DNA of 32,000 nt, from the NCBI RefSeq assembly GCF_000284455.1, contig NC_017039.1, positions 2,160,001-2,192,000 of the forward strand, given 5' to 3'. The notes under the pieces were generated by a model. The model was not told where the DNA came from. It was given only the letters and a program-made list of their open reading frames with translations, and did no database searches. Made by a program: the position numbers and the translations under genes. This DNA comes from Synechocystis sp. PCC 6803 substr. PCC-P. Lineage in GTDB: Bacteria > Cyanobacteriota > Cyanobacteriia > Cyanobacteriales > Microcystaceae. Below, in pieces: positions 1-10,191 of this stretch; the stretch's first letter is position 1, and each line of letters starts with the position of its first letter.

Positions 1-2
1 AA

Positions 3-3000
3 GGCGATTATCTTTACCTTGTCTTTGCCGATAATCTCAAAAATGACTCGGCTAATCCCCCCAGTAACTCCCAATTTACGATTAAAACTAGCGATGGGAA
101 TACCACTACTCCCACCAACGTTTCCCTAGCCCAAAATACCATTACCCTAACCCTGACTAATTCTGTTAATGCTAGCCAAATTGTTGAAGTTAGTTATAGC
201 TTAAGCGGGACTAATCTCACTTCTAATCTGTATCTGGCTGATGCCACAAATACAAGCTTTTGGGTTCCTGATTTCACCAACTCTGTTCAATCCGCTGGCA
301 GTACTAGTACTGCTCCCACCAGTTTGTTAGGGTCGGTAATTTCTAACCTGATCACCATTCCCTTCAATCAGACCCTAAACGTCAATCAAATTCCCAATGG
401 CGGTCAATTTCAAGTCACCGTTAATGGCAATAGCACCAGTCCCATTACCGTCACCAGCGTCACCGTTGCTGATACTTCTATCACCCTGGTTTTAAATCAG
501 ATTATTGGCCAGGGTCAATTGGTCACCATTACCTATACCCCTAACTCCAATGGTGAAAATAACTTAGTTAGCAATACTGGCACTCCCCAAACCGTTGCAT
601 CCTTCAGCACCAACAACTTTTTAACCACCGCTTCTAGCACAGGTACGGTTATTAAAACGGCATTTTCTCCCTTTGGGGACAGTGGTATTTCCTCCATCAC
701 CACTATTCCTGGCACTACCGGTATTAATTCGGATGTTGTGGCCACGCTTTACCAAAATCCCAGCACCAAAGCATTGCAAAACGTTGTAGCTTGGGTTAAC
801 GTCGATACTTCCGCCCTCTCTCTTAAGACCATTCCCGGGCAAAACTACGGCCCCAATGAAGCGGCCTTGATAACCACTGCCGCTCAGCAATCGGACATCT
901 ACTATGCGGTGCTTGGCCCCGATAATCAATGGGGTTTAGCCGCTCCGATTTTCTCCAGCCAACCAGGACAGGACCAAAAAGTAACATTGGGAGTTGGCCC
1001 TGGGGGCAATTTACTGGCGGCTTGGTTGAATACCCAACTGGATAGCGATGGTGATCCCAATACCACTATTCAGTTAGCGACTTTTAATGGTACTACGTGG
1101 ACTAATCCAACAATCCTAGGCGGAGCAAATGCCGGCATCAATCCCAATAGTTTCAGTGAATTAAGTATTAGTTCCATTAATGGACAACCAGCGATTTTCT
1201 GGACGGAAAGCCGGCCCCCTTCCTACAGCAACTTGGTATCAGAGCAGAATCCTTTGGTTTATCTACGGCTAGGGGAATTGAGCGGCACAACGGTTATTAA
1301 CCAAGGGCAATTATCCGTGGCAGGAAATGGCACCTACAGCACGGCTGGTTATACTCTGGGCCAGGTGGGGGCGCTGGAAAATACTAACACCAATACAGGG
1401 GACTTTAACCCCGCCGTGTTATTCAATGGTGGCGGGATAACAATCAATTCGCCAGTACCTGTTTCCGTGCAAGGTTTTTCGGTGGAATTTTGGTTCAAAT
1501 TACCAACGTCTGACGGAGTAGTGGGTTTGGCTAATTTGGCCGGGGTATTTGATCTGAGTTTGAATGAAGATAGCTTAACTTTTACCTTGAATAATGGGAG
1601 TAACCCCCAGATTAGCGGCACTGTTACCACTGGTAATTGGCATTATGTGGTGGGAACTTATGATCCTGTTAAACAAATTCTTGACCTTTACCTCGATGGT
1701 CAATTGGTAAATACTCTAGAAAATATTGCTTTTGCCAATTTGCCCCAGTCGGGAACGCTAACTTTAGCGGGTAGTGGTGGGTCTGTTTATTTGGATGAAT
1801 TTGCTTTTTATAATTCGATTCTTTCCTATGTTGATAATGGTTCTAGCCCTAGTTCAAGTAATAATAATTTTCTCAATTTAACGGGTTCCCAACTAATTAA
1901 CGGAATTTGGGGGGTTAACGAAGTCGGTTCCCACTATCAAGCTCGCTTTTTTGAGCCAGTGACAGCGGGACCAGAAACTAACTACAGCGTTTGGGACAGC
2001 AGTGGCAATAGTTGGCAAAGTCCCGTTAGTATTAACCCCGTTGATGAAGTCGTTCCTACCATTCTTTCGGCAGCCAATAATCCCATTTGGGACATTGTTT
2101 CTGCTAATCCTGCTGGTAATAATAATGCCCAAATTGCTCCCAACGGTAACCCCGATACCATTTTTCAAGTTAACTTAACCGGGCAACAGGGAAGTGAGAT
2201 TACTGGGTTTACTGTAACTACGTCCAATAATCAACTCTGGACTGTAGGCACAGATGGCACAGGTAATGCGTTTAGTGAGAGCTGGCAGCTAGGGGTAATT
2301 CTAGCGGAGAACGCAGATAGTACGACGCCCCAATTGGAGTTCATTTCTGGGGATAAGTTACTCAATAGTCTGAATCCTGGAGCTACTTTTTCCCATCGGG
2401 TTATGGGGGCAACGGAAACCTTTACCATTTTTGTGGATACAGAGGGTAGTCCCCTAACTTCCCCTGCCACAGTCAATATTTACCTCCAGGGGCAAACTGA
2501 CCCTATTACCTTTACCTCCCTTTCCCCGATTCCCAACCAAGGTGGCCCCGTATCGGCTAACAGTCCCGATTATTTAGACAACCAAGTTCTCGGCATCGCC
2601 ACCATCAAAGAAGCTAATGATGCCTCCCTTTCCTTGGTGGACAGTGGCTTTGTGATTGATACCGATAATCCGGCGATCGCCGCAGTGATGGCCAGTGGTT
2701 TTAGTAATGGGGCTTTGGCCTATGTGGCCGTGGGCAATCGGGGTTATACAACCCAGGGCAATGCCGTACAGGGGTCAATCCAGATTTTATTTGCCGGGGG
2801 CGATGTTTTAAGCCAAAAATCCACCCTGCCTTTAACCACCACGGATTTATCGGGCAATGGGGACGGGGTGCTAATTACGGGCATTACCGACGCCGGGGAT
2901 ATTAATAATAATGTGCCTATGGCTTTAGTGACGGGGGATGTGGACGGGGATGGCGTAGATGATTTGGTCATTGGGAATGCCAACGCCAATGGGGGAACGG

Positions 3001-6000
3001 GAAGCATTTATGTGATTAACGGCCATTATCTCAATGGCCTGAAGGGCAAAAATCAAATTATTGATCTCAGTAATGCCAGTAACTGGACTAGTGATCAGGG
3101 TTTTGTGATTGATGGAGTGGATGCCGAGGGCGGGGCTGGTTTTTCCGTGGCGATCGGCAATTTCACTGGTAATGACCCCCAAATTGCCTTTGGTGCTCCC
3201 TTTGCCAAAAACGGTAATGGGGTGGCGGTGGGCAAAGTCTATCTTGTTTCCCCCAGTAATCCTAGTCAACTTTCCCCCATCCATATTGGCAACACCTTTA
3301 ATCTGACCAATCCCCAAAATCCTGCCCAGACTGTGACCGTGGGAGAAACGGCCGGCTACAGCTTGGGGGTTTCCCGTAAAATTTCCGGTGGCCCGGTCAC
3401 TTTCACCAACAACTCTGGCGACGATCTATTTATCGGTTCCTCCACCTACGGCGTACAAGTCAGTAACCAATGGGTGGGCAAAAGTGCTTTACCGTCGAAC
3501 AACCAGGGCAATTATCCCGATACTACTATGATCGCCGCTGGAGCAGTCCATGTGTATTCCCAGACCAGTAGCCAGCCCTTTGGCAAAGTGGCTACCTATA
3601 CTGGGCCTAATATTCCTGCCGCCAATGGAGTAGGGGCAAACTATTTGGCCGGAGCGGCCATTTCCCTAGGGGACTTTACAGATTTAGACGGGGATGGCCA
3701 TCAGGATTTAGCAATTTCTGCCTTGGGAGTTAATGGCAGTGCGGGGGCGGTTTATGCACTTAGCGGCAGTAAATTTACCCCTTCCAGTTCTCTCCAAGCC
3801 CTCAATGAAGCAGGTAATTTAATCATTAATGGCGGCATTGCTGGGGGTCGGGCCGGCATGACCATTATGACCCCAGGGGATGTGAACGGCGATGGTTATC
3901 AGGACTTTTTAATTACTGCCCCCCAAGCAGGCAACGGCACAGGGCAAAGTTATTTACTGTTTGGCCCCTTGGATTTATCAACCGAAATAGTACCGATCAT
4001 TGAATTAAATGCGATCGCCAATGACAGTAAACAAGTTTTTGTATTGAATGGCAGTTTGCCCAATCAACTAGCAGGAACAGCAGTAGTTAGTTTAGGGAAT
4101 ATCACGGGCACACAAGGGCCGAACAACAGACCCATTGATAGCTTTTTAATCAGTGCCCCCAATGCCCAGCAATTTTATGTGGTTTTCGGTCAGCCTTGGT
4201 TGGCCGCCGATGGCAGTCTTAATTTGGCGGATGTTGCTTCCGATAACGGTTTTGTCATTGATGGCAATTTAATTGGTAATCCTCCCACCACGTTTGAAAC
4301 TACATCCCAGTATATTGACACCACCCCGGCAATTCTTATCAATGGCTCCAACCTTTACCTAGCCTATAAAGGTTTCGGTGGCAATAACCAAATTTATTTC
4401 ACCGTCAGCACTAATAATGGTCAAAGTTGGAACTCGGAAGTACAGTTACCTCAATCTGCCCAAACTATTTTTCCCCCGGCGATCGCCTTTTTTAACAATG
4501 TTTTATACCTGGCCTATGTAGATGGTAACAACGGGTTAAATATCATCACTAGCCAAGATCAAGGCCAGACCTGGAATGCTCCTTTGGCCTTGGGGGGCAC
4601 TTCTTCCACACCGCCGACCCTGTTTGTTTACCAAGGAACCCTGTCCCTACTTTTTGCCGCCAACAACTCAACTTCCACCGTTCTGCAATTTTATTTAAAC
4701 AGCAGTAATGAATGGATTTACGCCAACGAAATTGGTAGTAACCAAACTGCTATTAGTGCTATCAGTGCCACAGTGTTGGGGGATACCCTCTATCTGGTTT
4801 ACAAAGGAGGAACTAGAAATACCCCCAGTACTCTTGACTACATAACATCCACCACCAACGCCGATCTTTCCGCTAACGATTGGAGCAGTATTCCTATTCC
4901 TGGAGTGAGTTCCCAGGGCGGCCCCAGTCTTACCAATGACGGCACCAATCTCTATCTGAGCTACCTCGACAGTAGTAATCAACTTAACTTCGTCAGTTCC
5001 GGTAATGGCATTAATTGGTCATCGCCCCAAGTCATTACCAACAACATCAGTCAGTCCCCGCCGGCGATCGCCTTTGCCAACAATGAACTTTATTTAAGCT
5101 ATCCCGGCCCCCAAGGTTCCCAAGAACTGAATGTAACCAGTTTTCCCCTTCCCTTTACAGGCAGTATCCTGGGCAACGGTAGTTTAGTTCGTTTCCTGGG
5201 GGATGTTAACGGGGATGGGTTTGCCGATGTTTTTTCGGGTGGAACTAATGCCGGCGCAATTATTTTTGGGAACAGCACCAAAGATTTATTAACAACCGCC
5301 AGTGGCAGTGAAGATTTAGTGATTTCCGTTCCCAATGCTACCCTTCGGGACGTGATTAGTGTCGGTGATTTTAACGGTGATGGCATTAAAGATTTGGGAG
5401 TTTTAGATGGTAACGGCAATTTTTATGTTGTTTTGGGCAATACCAGTCTTGGGGACTTAAAAACATTAAGTATTACCTCCAGTTCCTCCCCTGTGGTCAT
5501 TAATCAAGTGGGGGGCGTGACCAAATCCATGGCCATTGGTGACTACAACGGTGACGGCTATGACGACGTACTTTTGTGGGGAGATAACGGCAATCAGGTA
5601 GCTTGGGGGAATTCCACAGGAGTACTAAACAGTTTTACCAATATTGATTATCCCGAAACCCAAACAACAGCCACAGGGGTGGATCTCAACAGTGATGGTA
5701 TTCCAGAAATTGCCATTGGTAGTGACGAAAGGAAAATAGCAGGGCAGATTTCCACCAGCGGCAGTTTTTCCCTATTGCCCACTCCCACCACTTCCTCTGT
5801 AATTAATACCCTGGCGGCGGCCAATCAATTAGAAAATATTGGCGACTTCAATGGAGATGGCATTGCGGATTTAGCAGTCCTAGCTTCCAATTATTATGCG
5901 GCGGCGATCGGGGAACCGAATAATCTGCCCAATTATTTGAGTCGGCCCGGCAATCAAGGGGGCGTTTTTATCTTCTACGGGAATAGTAATGGTCTAAGCA

Positions 6001-9000
6001 ATACGGCCCAACCCGATGTTATTCTGGCAGCTCCCTTCACCAACCCCAGTGGACAGATCAGTACCTATCAACTGTCCCGCATTGCCCAGGCAGGGGACGT
6101 TAATGGGGATGGTTTTGATGATTTATTAATTAGTTCCCCCTACACCGTTGATGCGGAAAATAATCAGGGCGGTGTGTTTGTGGTTTTCGGCGGCGATGAC
6201 TGGAATAATCAACCCTTCGATTTAGGGCAGTTGCGGGCCAATCAATCCCAGGGTTCAAATCCCAGGGGTTTTGCCATTGATGGTTCGCCCAACTCCCAAG
6301 CGGGTATCGCCCTGAATGGCGGAGGGGATATTAACGGTGATGGTTTTGCAGATTTTATTATTGGTGCTCCTGGTGAAAACAATCTGCAATATAACCAGCA
6401 GATTGTGTTTATTGAAAATGGCGAACTTAGCGATGATGATAAATATAGTTATATCCTCTACCTTGACGGTAACCAAACGATTCAAATGGGGGGAGGTGAT
6501 TGGCAAGCCAATCAAGTTTGGACCAATCAGGTGGCCACCAATTGGAATAACAGTAGCCGACCGCCCGAGGCAGTTATTGGCCAATCCAATGGCGATATTT
6601 GGTACTATCCCGGTGGTAATCAAAACTGGCAATCCTGGGGCAAACTTCCCGCAGAAATAAACGAGTTAGCAGTTAATTGGAATACGAGCGGTAATCCCCA
6701 AATCATTGCGGGCCTGGGGGGCAAGGGCGGGATTGAATACTACAACGGTTCAACCTGGGTTAACAACGGCCCTTACCAGGGAGACGGTTGGCGGTCTGCC
6801 ATTACCCAAATGGCGGTGCAATGGGGGGAGGATGGATCTCCGTCCCAAATTGTTGTTGGTTTGGCTGATGGGGCGGTGATCTATTACAACACCCAGTCCG
6901 GTTGGCGAACCATTAATAATTTTGGCAAAAGTGTTACCCAGTTATCGGTGCAATGGCAGGAAGCTAGTAATCCCAATATTGTGGTTGGCTTGGATAATAG
7001 CGAGGTGCAATATTACCAGGGCAGTAACGGTGTCTGGACTCAATTCCACGATGATGGCTGGGTTTATCCCGTACAACAACTGGCCGTGCAGTGGACTAGC
7101 AATGACGCTCAACCCTTAGTGGTGGTGGGTCTGGGGGATGATAACGGCAACAATGGCTCCGTCTGGTATTACCAAGGCTCCGGGGAACAGGGCGGGTGGA
7201 CTTTCCTTTCCGGTCTTCCTTCGGGAGCGGCGATCGCCCAAATGGCGGTGCAATGGAATTTTAGTTCTAGTCCCAATCCCCCCAACAATGTTAATGATTT
7301 AAAAATAGTGGTGGGGCAAGCCGATAGTACGGTGAGTTACTACAACGGCAATGGTTGGACTGCCACCCCAGCCATTAACTCCAGCTTGCAAATTCCCACC
7401 CTAAATGCCATAACCGTCCAGTGGAGCGCCAATGGCCAGCCCCAGATCACTGTGGGCTTGGGAGATCCTGAATACGACAACGGCCAACTCTGGTATTTGC
7501 CCAACCCCAGTCAGTCTTGGCAGGAATTGCAAGGATCGGTCAACTACGCTTCCCCCATTACCCAGATTGATAGCTCCTGGACGGAATCCCTCGTTCCCAA
7601 CAGTCAAACTGATAATCTCAGCTACGTTTTCTTTGGCAGTGACTTTAACGACACGGTGAATCAAACGGGCACTATTGGTGATGATGTGATGGTGGGCAGT
7701 GCCACGGGGGAAAGCTTCCTGGCAGGGCAGGGGGATGATCAAATTTTGACCAAGGGTGGTTTGGATGTGGTCTATGCTGGCCCCGGTGATGACTGGGTTT
7801 CCGTCAGTGATACCTATTTCCGTCGGTTAAATGGGGGCACAGGATTTGATATTTTAGCTTTGCAGGGTTACAACGGCCAAAACTGGGATCTAACTACCCT
7901 TTCCCCTGGCCTGCGGTTACAGGATTTTGAAACCATTGATATTCGGGATTATGGTGCAAATCAATTAACCCTTAATTCCCTCAGCGTTATTAATTTGTCC
8001 AGCAATAATACCGTTATCGTCTTAATGGATGAAAGCGGTGATAGTTTGCAGTTAAGCAGTGACTTTGGTGCGGACGGGACGACTTATCAATACGGACAAA
8101 GATTCTATCAATATAAATCGAATAATTCCGCCGCCATTGTCTTAGTTAATCAGCCAACAATGCCAAGTTTTACCGCTCCAAGTCAGAATAAGCCCCAGCC
8201 TGTTTTACCGAATGGCAATGGAACAAGCAATACAGCAGCTTTAAATACCAATATTGCTAATACGGGTAATGCCAATACCGGCAATTTTAATGATGAAAAT
8301 ATCAACACAGGCAATGCTAATACCGGCAACTTTAATAACGGAAATACCAACACAGGCAATGTCGGAGATATAAATATTGCTACAAAACTATTTGTTTCCA
8401 GTCCTACAGCTTCTGAAGCTTTGGGGGAAGTTGACTTCACCATTGAACGGACAGGCGATCTAGACAAATATGTTGTTGTCAGTTACCTAACCCAGGATAT
8501 GGATGGCAAAGCAGGCGATCGCTATTTACCAGTAGCAGGACAGCTAGTATTCAAACCTGGGGAGACAAAAAAAACGATTAAAGTTAAAGTTCCTAATGAT
8601 AGTATTTACACAGGAGACAAACAATTTGGCCTGTTGGTTTCCCTGTTGGAAGAAGGGTTACAGCCAGGGAATGGGGAACAAGCATTTTTCTTAGCTGCTG
8701 ATGCCAATGGTTCCCAAATTCGCAATTGGAATTATCTCCCAGGAGAGTCAGCAAATAGTTTAACAGGGGGCGTAATTAACTTCTCTACCACCGTTAATGC
8801 TGGTCAAGCCCTAGTTAAGTTAGATGTTAATGGCTTAGCAGAATTTAATGACTTTGGCAGTTATAACCCCGTAGCCGGCAACTATGAATCCTTGATGCTC
8901 AATGGCATGACGGGAGCCAAATTTACCAACTTTGATAACGAAAATAATCCCCAGGGTCTAGAGCTTCAACTTTGGGATGGCGATCGGGGTGATGCCGATG

Positions 9001-10046
9001 GATTAACCAATGGCTTAGTGCAAACTAAAGGCTATTTGGGCAGGGTGATTCCAGGCTTAATCAGTAATGACAACCGAGTTTTCTGGGCTCCCACCAGTGC
9101 CGATGGCCAAGTGCAATTAAGGCTAATTAATAGTCCTAACCAAAATTATGCCATGGGCTGGATTGAGGTGGATGATACCAATGGTTCCATCGATGGTCTG
9201 TTGCCGGATGATCCAAGTTATGAAGCGGCCGCTTTAGCTCGTAAGCAGCTTATTTTCAGCGATCAAAATGGTGCTTCCACAAAGGCACTAACCCGTAGCT
9301 TAGCCCAACAAAGCTTTACTAATGTTGATAATTTAATTGCAACAGAGTCACAGTTTTTTGGTGATTTTAGCAACGCAAATTTAGAACCAAACCGTTATTA
9401 CATTCTCTACAGTCAACAGGGGGATGAAACTACTTTTTCCATCGATACTGCTCCCATCATAGAGACCGATAGCCGCGGTTATCATCAACTAAACTTTGCT
9501 GGTATCACTGCCGAAATTGGCTCCAAAACTTTGGTGGTGCCAGGGGTATTGGGTCAGTCCGTCACTGCCGAAGTTTCCATTAGTCGGGCTGGGGCCTATG
9601 ATAATGCCATTGCTTTGTACAAAGTCGACAGTCTGACTGGGGGATTGGACCTTAATGGCGATCGCCAAATTGATCTCAAACCCGGTGATTCAGGTTATAC
9701 CGAAGCGGCATTAGGTCGTGCCCAAGCTCCCTTAACTGGTGTTAGCTTAACTGCCCCCGATGGCTTTTTCAGTACTACTCAACAGACGGTTAATTTGTTA
9801 GGTAATCAGATGTACGGCATGGTCATTATTCCCAATAGCACCATTGCAGAAGTTCTGAGTCAAAATCCCAGTAATGATCCCAACTTCGGTCCGGTTGCCC
9901 TGTTCTCTTTCAATGGAGCTAACCACAATGGCATCAGTCAAATGTCACGTTTAGGTAGTAACCTTTTCGGCTTTGAAGATATGGTAGGTGGCGGCGATCA
10001 AGATTATAACGACTTGATTTTGCAATTCGACTTTTTACCTGCTTAA
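3..10046 (+). CDS. Giant multidomain surface/secreted protein, 5'-truncated by the window edge (SwmB-like, LamG-like, FG-GAP, Asp-box, 7x W-repeat, RTX-like, Calx-beta and C-terminal DUF4114-like regions)
   Basis: Frame 3 is open from base 3 to the TTG at 324 (hand translation: GDYLYLVFADNLKNDSANPPSNSQFTIKTSDGNTTTPTNVSLAQNTITLTLTNSVNASQIVEVSYSLSG...) and runs to the stop at 10044-10046. Domain hallmarks were read from the protein. Confidence 0.93.
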   Translation, partial: GDYLYLVFADNLKNDSANPPSNSQFTIKTSDGNTTTPTNVSLAQNTITLTLTNSVNASQIVEVSYSLSGTNLTSNLYLADATNTSFWVPDFTNSVQSAGSTSTAPTSLLGSVISNLITIPFNQTLNVNQIPNGGQFQVTVNGNSTSPITVTSVTVADTSITLVLNQIIGQGQLVTITYTPNSNGENNLVSNTGTPQTVASFSTNNFLTTASSTGTVIKTAFSPFGDSGISSITTIPGTTGINSDVVATLYQNPSTKALQNVVAWVNVDTSALSLKTIPGQNYGPNEAALITTAAQQSDIYYAVLGPDNQWGLAAPIFSSQPGQDQKVTLGVGPGGNLLAAWLNTQLDSDGDPNTTIQLATFNGTTWTNPTILGGANAGINPNSFSELSISSINGQPAIFWTESRPPSYSNLVSEQNPLVYLRLGELSGTTVINQGQLSVAGNGTYSTAGYTLGQVGALENTNTNTGDFNPAVLFNGGGITINSPVPVSVQGFSVEFWFKLPTSDGVVGLANLAGVFDLSLNEDSLTFTLNNGSNPQISGTVTTGNWHYVVGTYDPVKQILDLYLDGQLVNTLENIAFANLPQSGTLTLAGSGGSVYLDEFAFYNSILSYVDNGSSPSSSNNNFLNLTGSQLINGIWGVNEVGSHYQARFFEPVTAGPETNYSVWDSSGNSWQSPVSINPVDEVVPTILSAANNPIWDIVSANPAGNNNAQIAPNGNPDTIFQVNLTGQQGSEITGFTVTTSNNQLWTVGTDGTGNAFSESWQLGVILAENADSTTPQLEFISGDKLLNSLNPGATFSHRVMGATETFTIFVDTEGSPLTSPATVNIYLQGQTDPITFTSLSPIPNQGGPVSANSPDYLDNQVLGIATIKEANDASLSLVDSGFVIDTDNPAIAAVMASGFSNGALAYVAVGNRGYTTQGNAVQGSIQILFAGGDVLSQKSTLPLTTTDLSGNGDGVLITGITDAGDINNNVPMALVTGDVDGDGVDDLVIGNANANGGTGSIYVINGHYLNGLKGKNQIIDLSNASNWTSDQGFVIDGVDAEGGAGFSVAIGNFTGNDPQIAFGAPFAKNGNGVAVGKVYLVSPSNPSQLSPIHIGNTFNLTNPQNPAQTVTVGETAGYSLGVSRKISGGPVTFTNNSGDDLFIGSSTYGVQVSNQWVGKSALPSNNQGNYPDTTMIAAGAVHVYSQTSSQPFGKVATYTGPNIPAANGVGANYLAGAAISLGDFTDLDGDGHQDLAISALGVNGSAGAVYALSGSKFTPSSSLQALNEAGNLIINGGIAGGRAGMTIMTPGDVNGDGYQDFLITAPQAGNGTGQSYLLFGPLDLSTEIVPIIELNAIANDSKQVFVLNGSLPNQLAGTAVVSLGNITGTQGPNNRPIDSFLISAPNAQQFYVVFGQPWLAADGSLNLADVASDNGFVIDGNLIGNPPTTFETTSQYIDTTPAILINGSNLYLAYKGFGGNNQIYFTVSTNNGQSWNSEVQLPQSAQTIFPPAIAFFNNVLYLAYVDGNNGLNIITSQDQGQTWNAPLALGGTSSTPPTLFVYQGTLSLLFAANNSTSTVLQFYLNSSNEWIYANEIGSNQTAISAISATVLGDTLYLVYKGGTRNTPSTLDYITSTTNADLSANDWSSIPIPGVSSQGGPSLTNDGTNLYLSYLDSSNQLNFVSSGNGINWSSPQVITNNISQSPPAIAFANNELYLSYPGPQGSQELNVTSFPLPFTGSILGNGSLVRFLGDVNGDGFADVFSGGTNAGAIIFGNSTKDLLTTASGSEDLVISVPNATLRDVISVGDFNGDGIKDLGVLDGNGNFYVVLGNTSLGDLKTLSITSSSSPVVINQVGGVTKSMAIGDYNGDGYDDVLLWGDNGNQVAWGNSTGVLNSFTNIDYPETQTTATGVDLNSDGIPEIAIGSDERKIAGQISTSGSFSLLPTPTTSSVINTLAAANQLENIGDFNGDGIADLAVLASNYYAAAIGEPNNLPNYLSRPGNQGGVFIFYGNSNGLSNTAQPDVILAAPFTNPSGQISTYQLSRIAQAGDVNGDGFDDLLISSPYTVDAENNQGGVFVVFGGDDWNNQPFDLGQLRANQSQGSNPRGFAIDGSPNSQAGIALNGGGDINGDGFADFIIGAPGENNLQYNQQIVFIENGELSDDDKYSYILYLDGNQTIQMGGGDWQANQVWTNQVATNWNNSSRPPEAVIGQSNGDIWYYPGGNQNWQSWGKLPAEINELAVNWNTSGNPQIIAGLGGKGGIEYYNGSTWVNNGPYQGDGWRSAITQMAVQWGEDGSPSQIVVGLADGAVIYYNTQSGWRTINNFGKSVTQLSVQWQEASNPNIVVGLDNSEVQYYQGSNGVWTQFHDDGWVYPVQQLAVQWTSNDAQPLVVVGLGDDNGNNGSVWYYQGSGEQGGWTFLSGLPSGAAIAQMAVQWNFSSSPNPPNNVNDLKIVVGQADSTVSYYNGNGWTATPAINSSLQIPTLNAITVQWSANGQPQITVGLGDPEYDNGQLWYLPNPSQSWQELQGSVNYASPITQIDSSWTESLVPNSQTDNLSYVFFGSDFNDTVNQTGTIGDDVMVGSATGESFLAGQGDDQILTKGGLDVVYAGPGDDWVSVSDTYFRRLNGGTGFDILALQGYNGQNWDLTTLSPGLRLQDFETIDIRDYGANQLTLNSLSVINLSSNNTVIVLMDESGDSLQLSSDFGADGTTYQYGQRFYQYKSNNSAAIVLVNQPTMPSFTAPSQNKPQPVLPNGNGTSNTAALNTNIANTGNANTGNFNDENINTGNANTGNFNNGNTNTGNVGDINIATKLFVSSPTASEALGEVDFTIERTGDLDKYVVVSYLTQDMDGKAGDRYLPVAGQLVFKPGETKKTIKVKVPNDSIYTGDKQFGLLVSLLEEGLQPGNGEQAFFLAADANGSQIRNWNYLPGESANSLTGGVINFSTTVNAGQALVKLDVNGLAEFNDFGSYNPVAGNYESLMLNGMTGAKFTNFDNENNPQGLELQLWDGDRGDADGLTNGLVQTKGYLGRVIPGLISNDNRVFWAPTSADGQVQLRLINSPNQNYAMGWIEVDDTNGSIDGLLPDDPSYEAAALARKQLIFSDQNGASTKALTRSLAQQSFTNVDNLIATESQFFGDFSNANLEPNRYYILYSQQGDETTFSIDTAPIIETDSRGYHQLNFAGITAEIGSKTLVVPGVLGQSVTAEVSISRAGAYDNAIALYKVDSLTGGLDLNGDRQIDLKPGDSGYTEAALGRAQAPLTGVSLTAPDGFFSTTQQTVNLLGNQMYGMVIIPNSTIAEVLSQNPSNDPNFGPVALFSFNGANHNGISQMSRLGSNLFGFEDMVGGGDQDYNDLILQFDFLPA
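2676..2683. repeat. HIP1 octamer GCGATCGC (one example of many; another at 4011-4018)
   Basis: Exact palindrome read directly; the same octamer recurs throughout genes on both strands across the window. Confidence 0.95.
6485..7610 (+). repeat. Seven divergent ~40-55 aa W-rich repeats inside the giant protein, probable seven-bladed beta-propeller
   Basis: Units such as LAVNWNTSGNPQIIAGLGGKGGIEYYNGSTW and MAVQWGEDGSPSQIVVGLADGAVIYYNTQSGW, about seven copies. Confidence 0.85.
8246..8366 (+). repeat. Short NTGN/NTGNFN tandem peptide repeat (linker)
   Basis: NTNIANTGNANTGNFNDENINTGNANTGNFNNGNTNTGN, lying between the RTX-like and Calx-beta-like regions. Confidence 0.88.
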
Positions 10047-10191
10047 AAATAAGCAAAAATAAGCTACCCTGAGTTGTTAAACTTTGTTTTTTCCATATAA
10101 CTTAGTCCAACTCAGTCAACGTAGTTTAGCCTATAATTTACTCCACTGATTGACGCTACAATGACGTAGTTTTGCTAGGCAACTATGGACA

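Noticed and set aside
533-9000. Many 60-140 aa antisense or out-of-frame ORFs inside the giant gene
   Set aside because: They lie wholly within a strongly coding frame with clear domain signatures and show low-complexity or unstructured translations without recognisable motifs.
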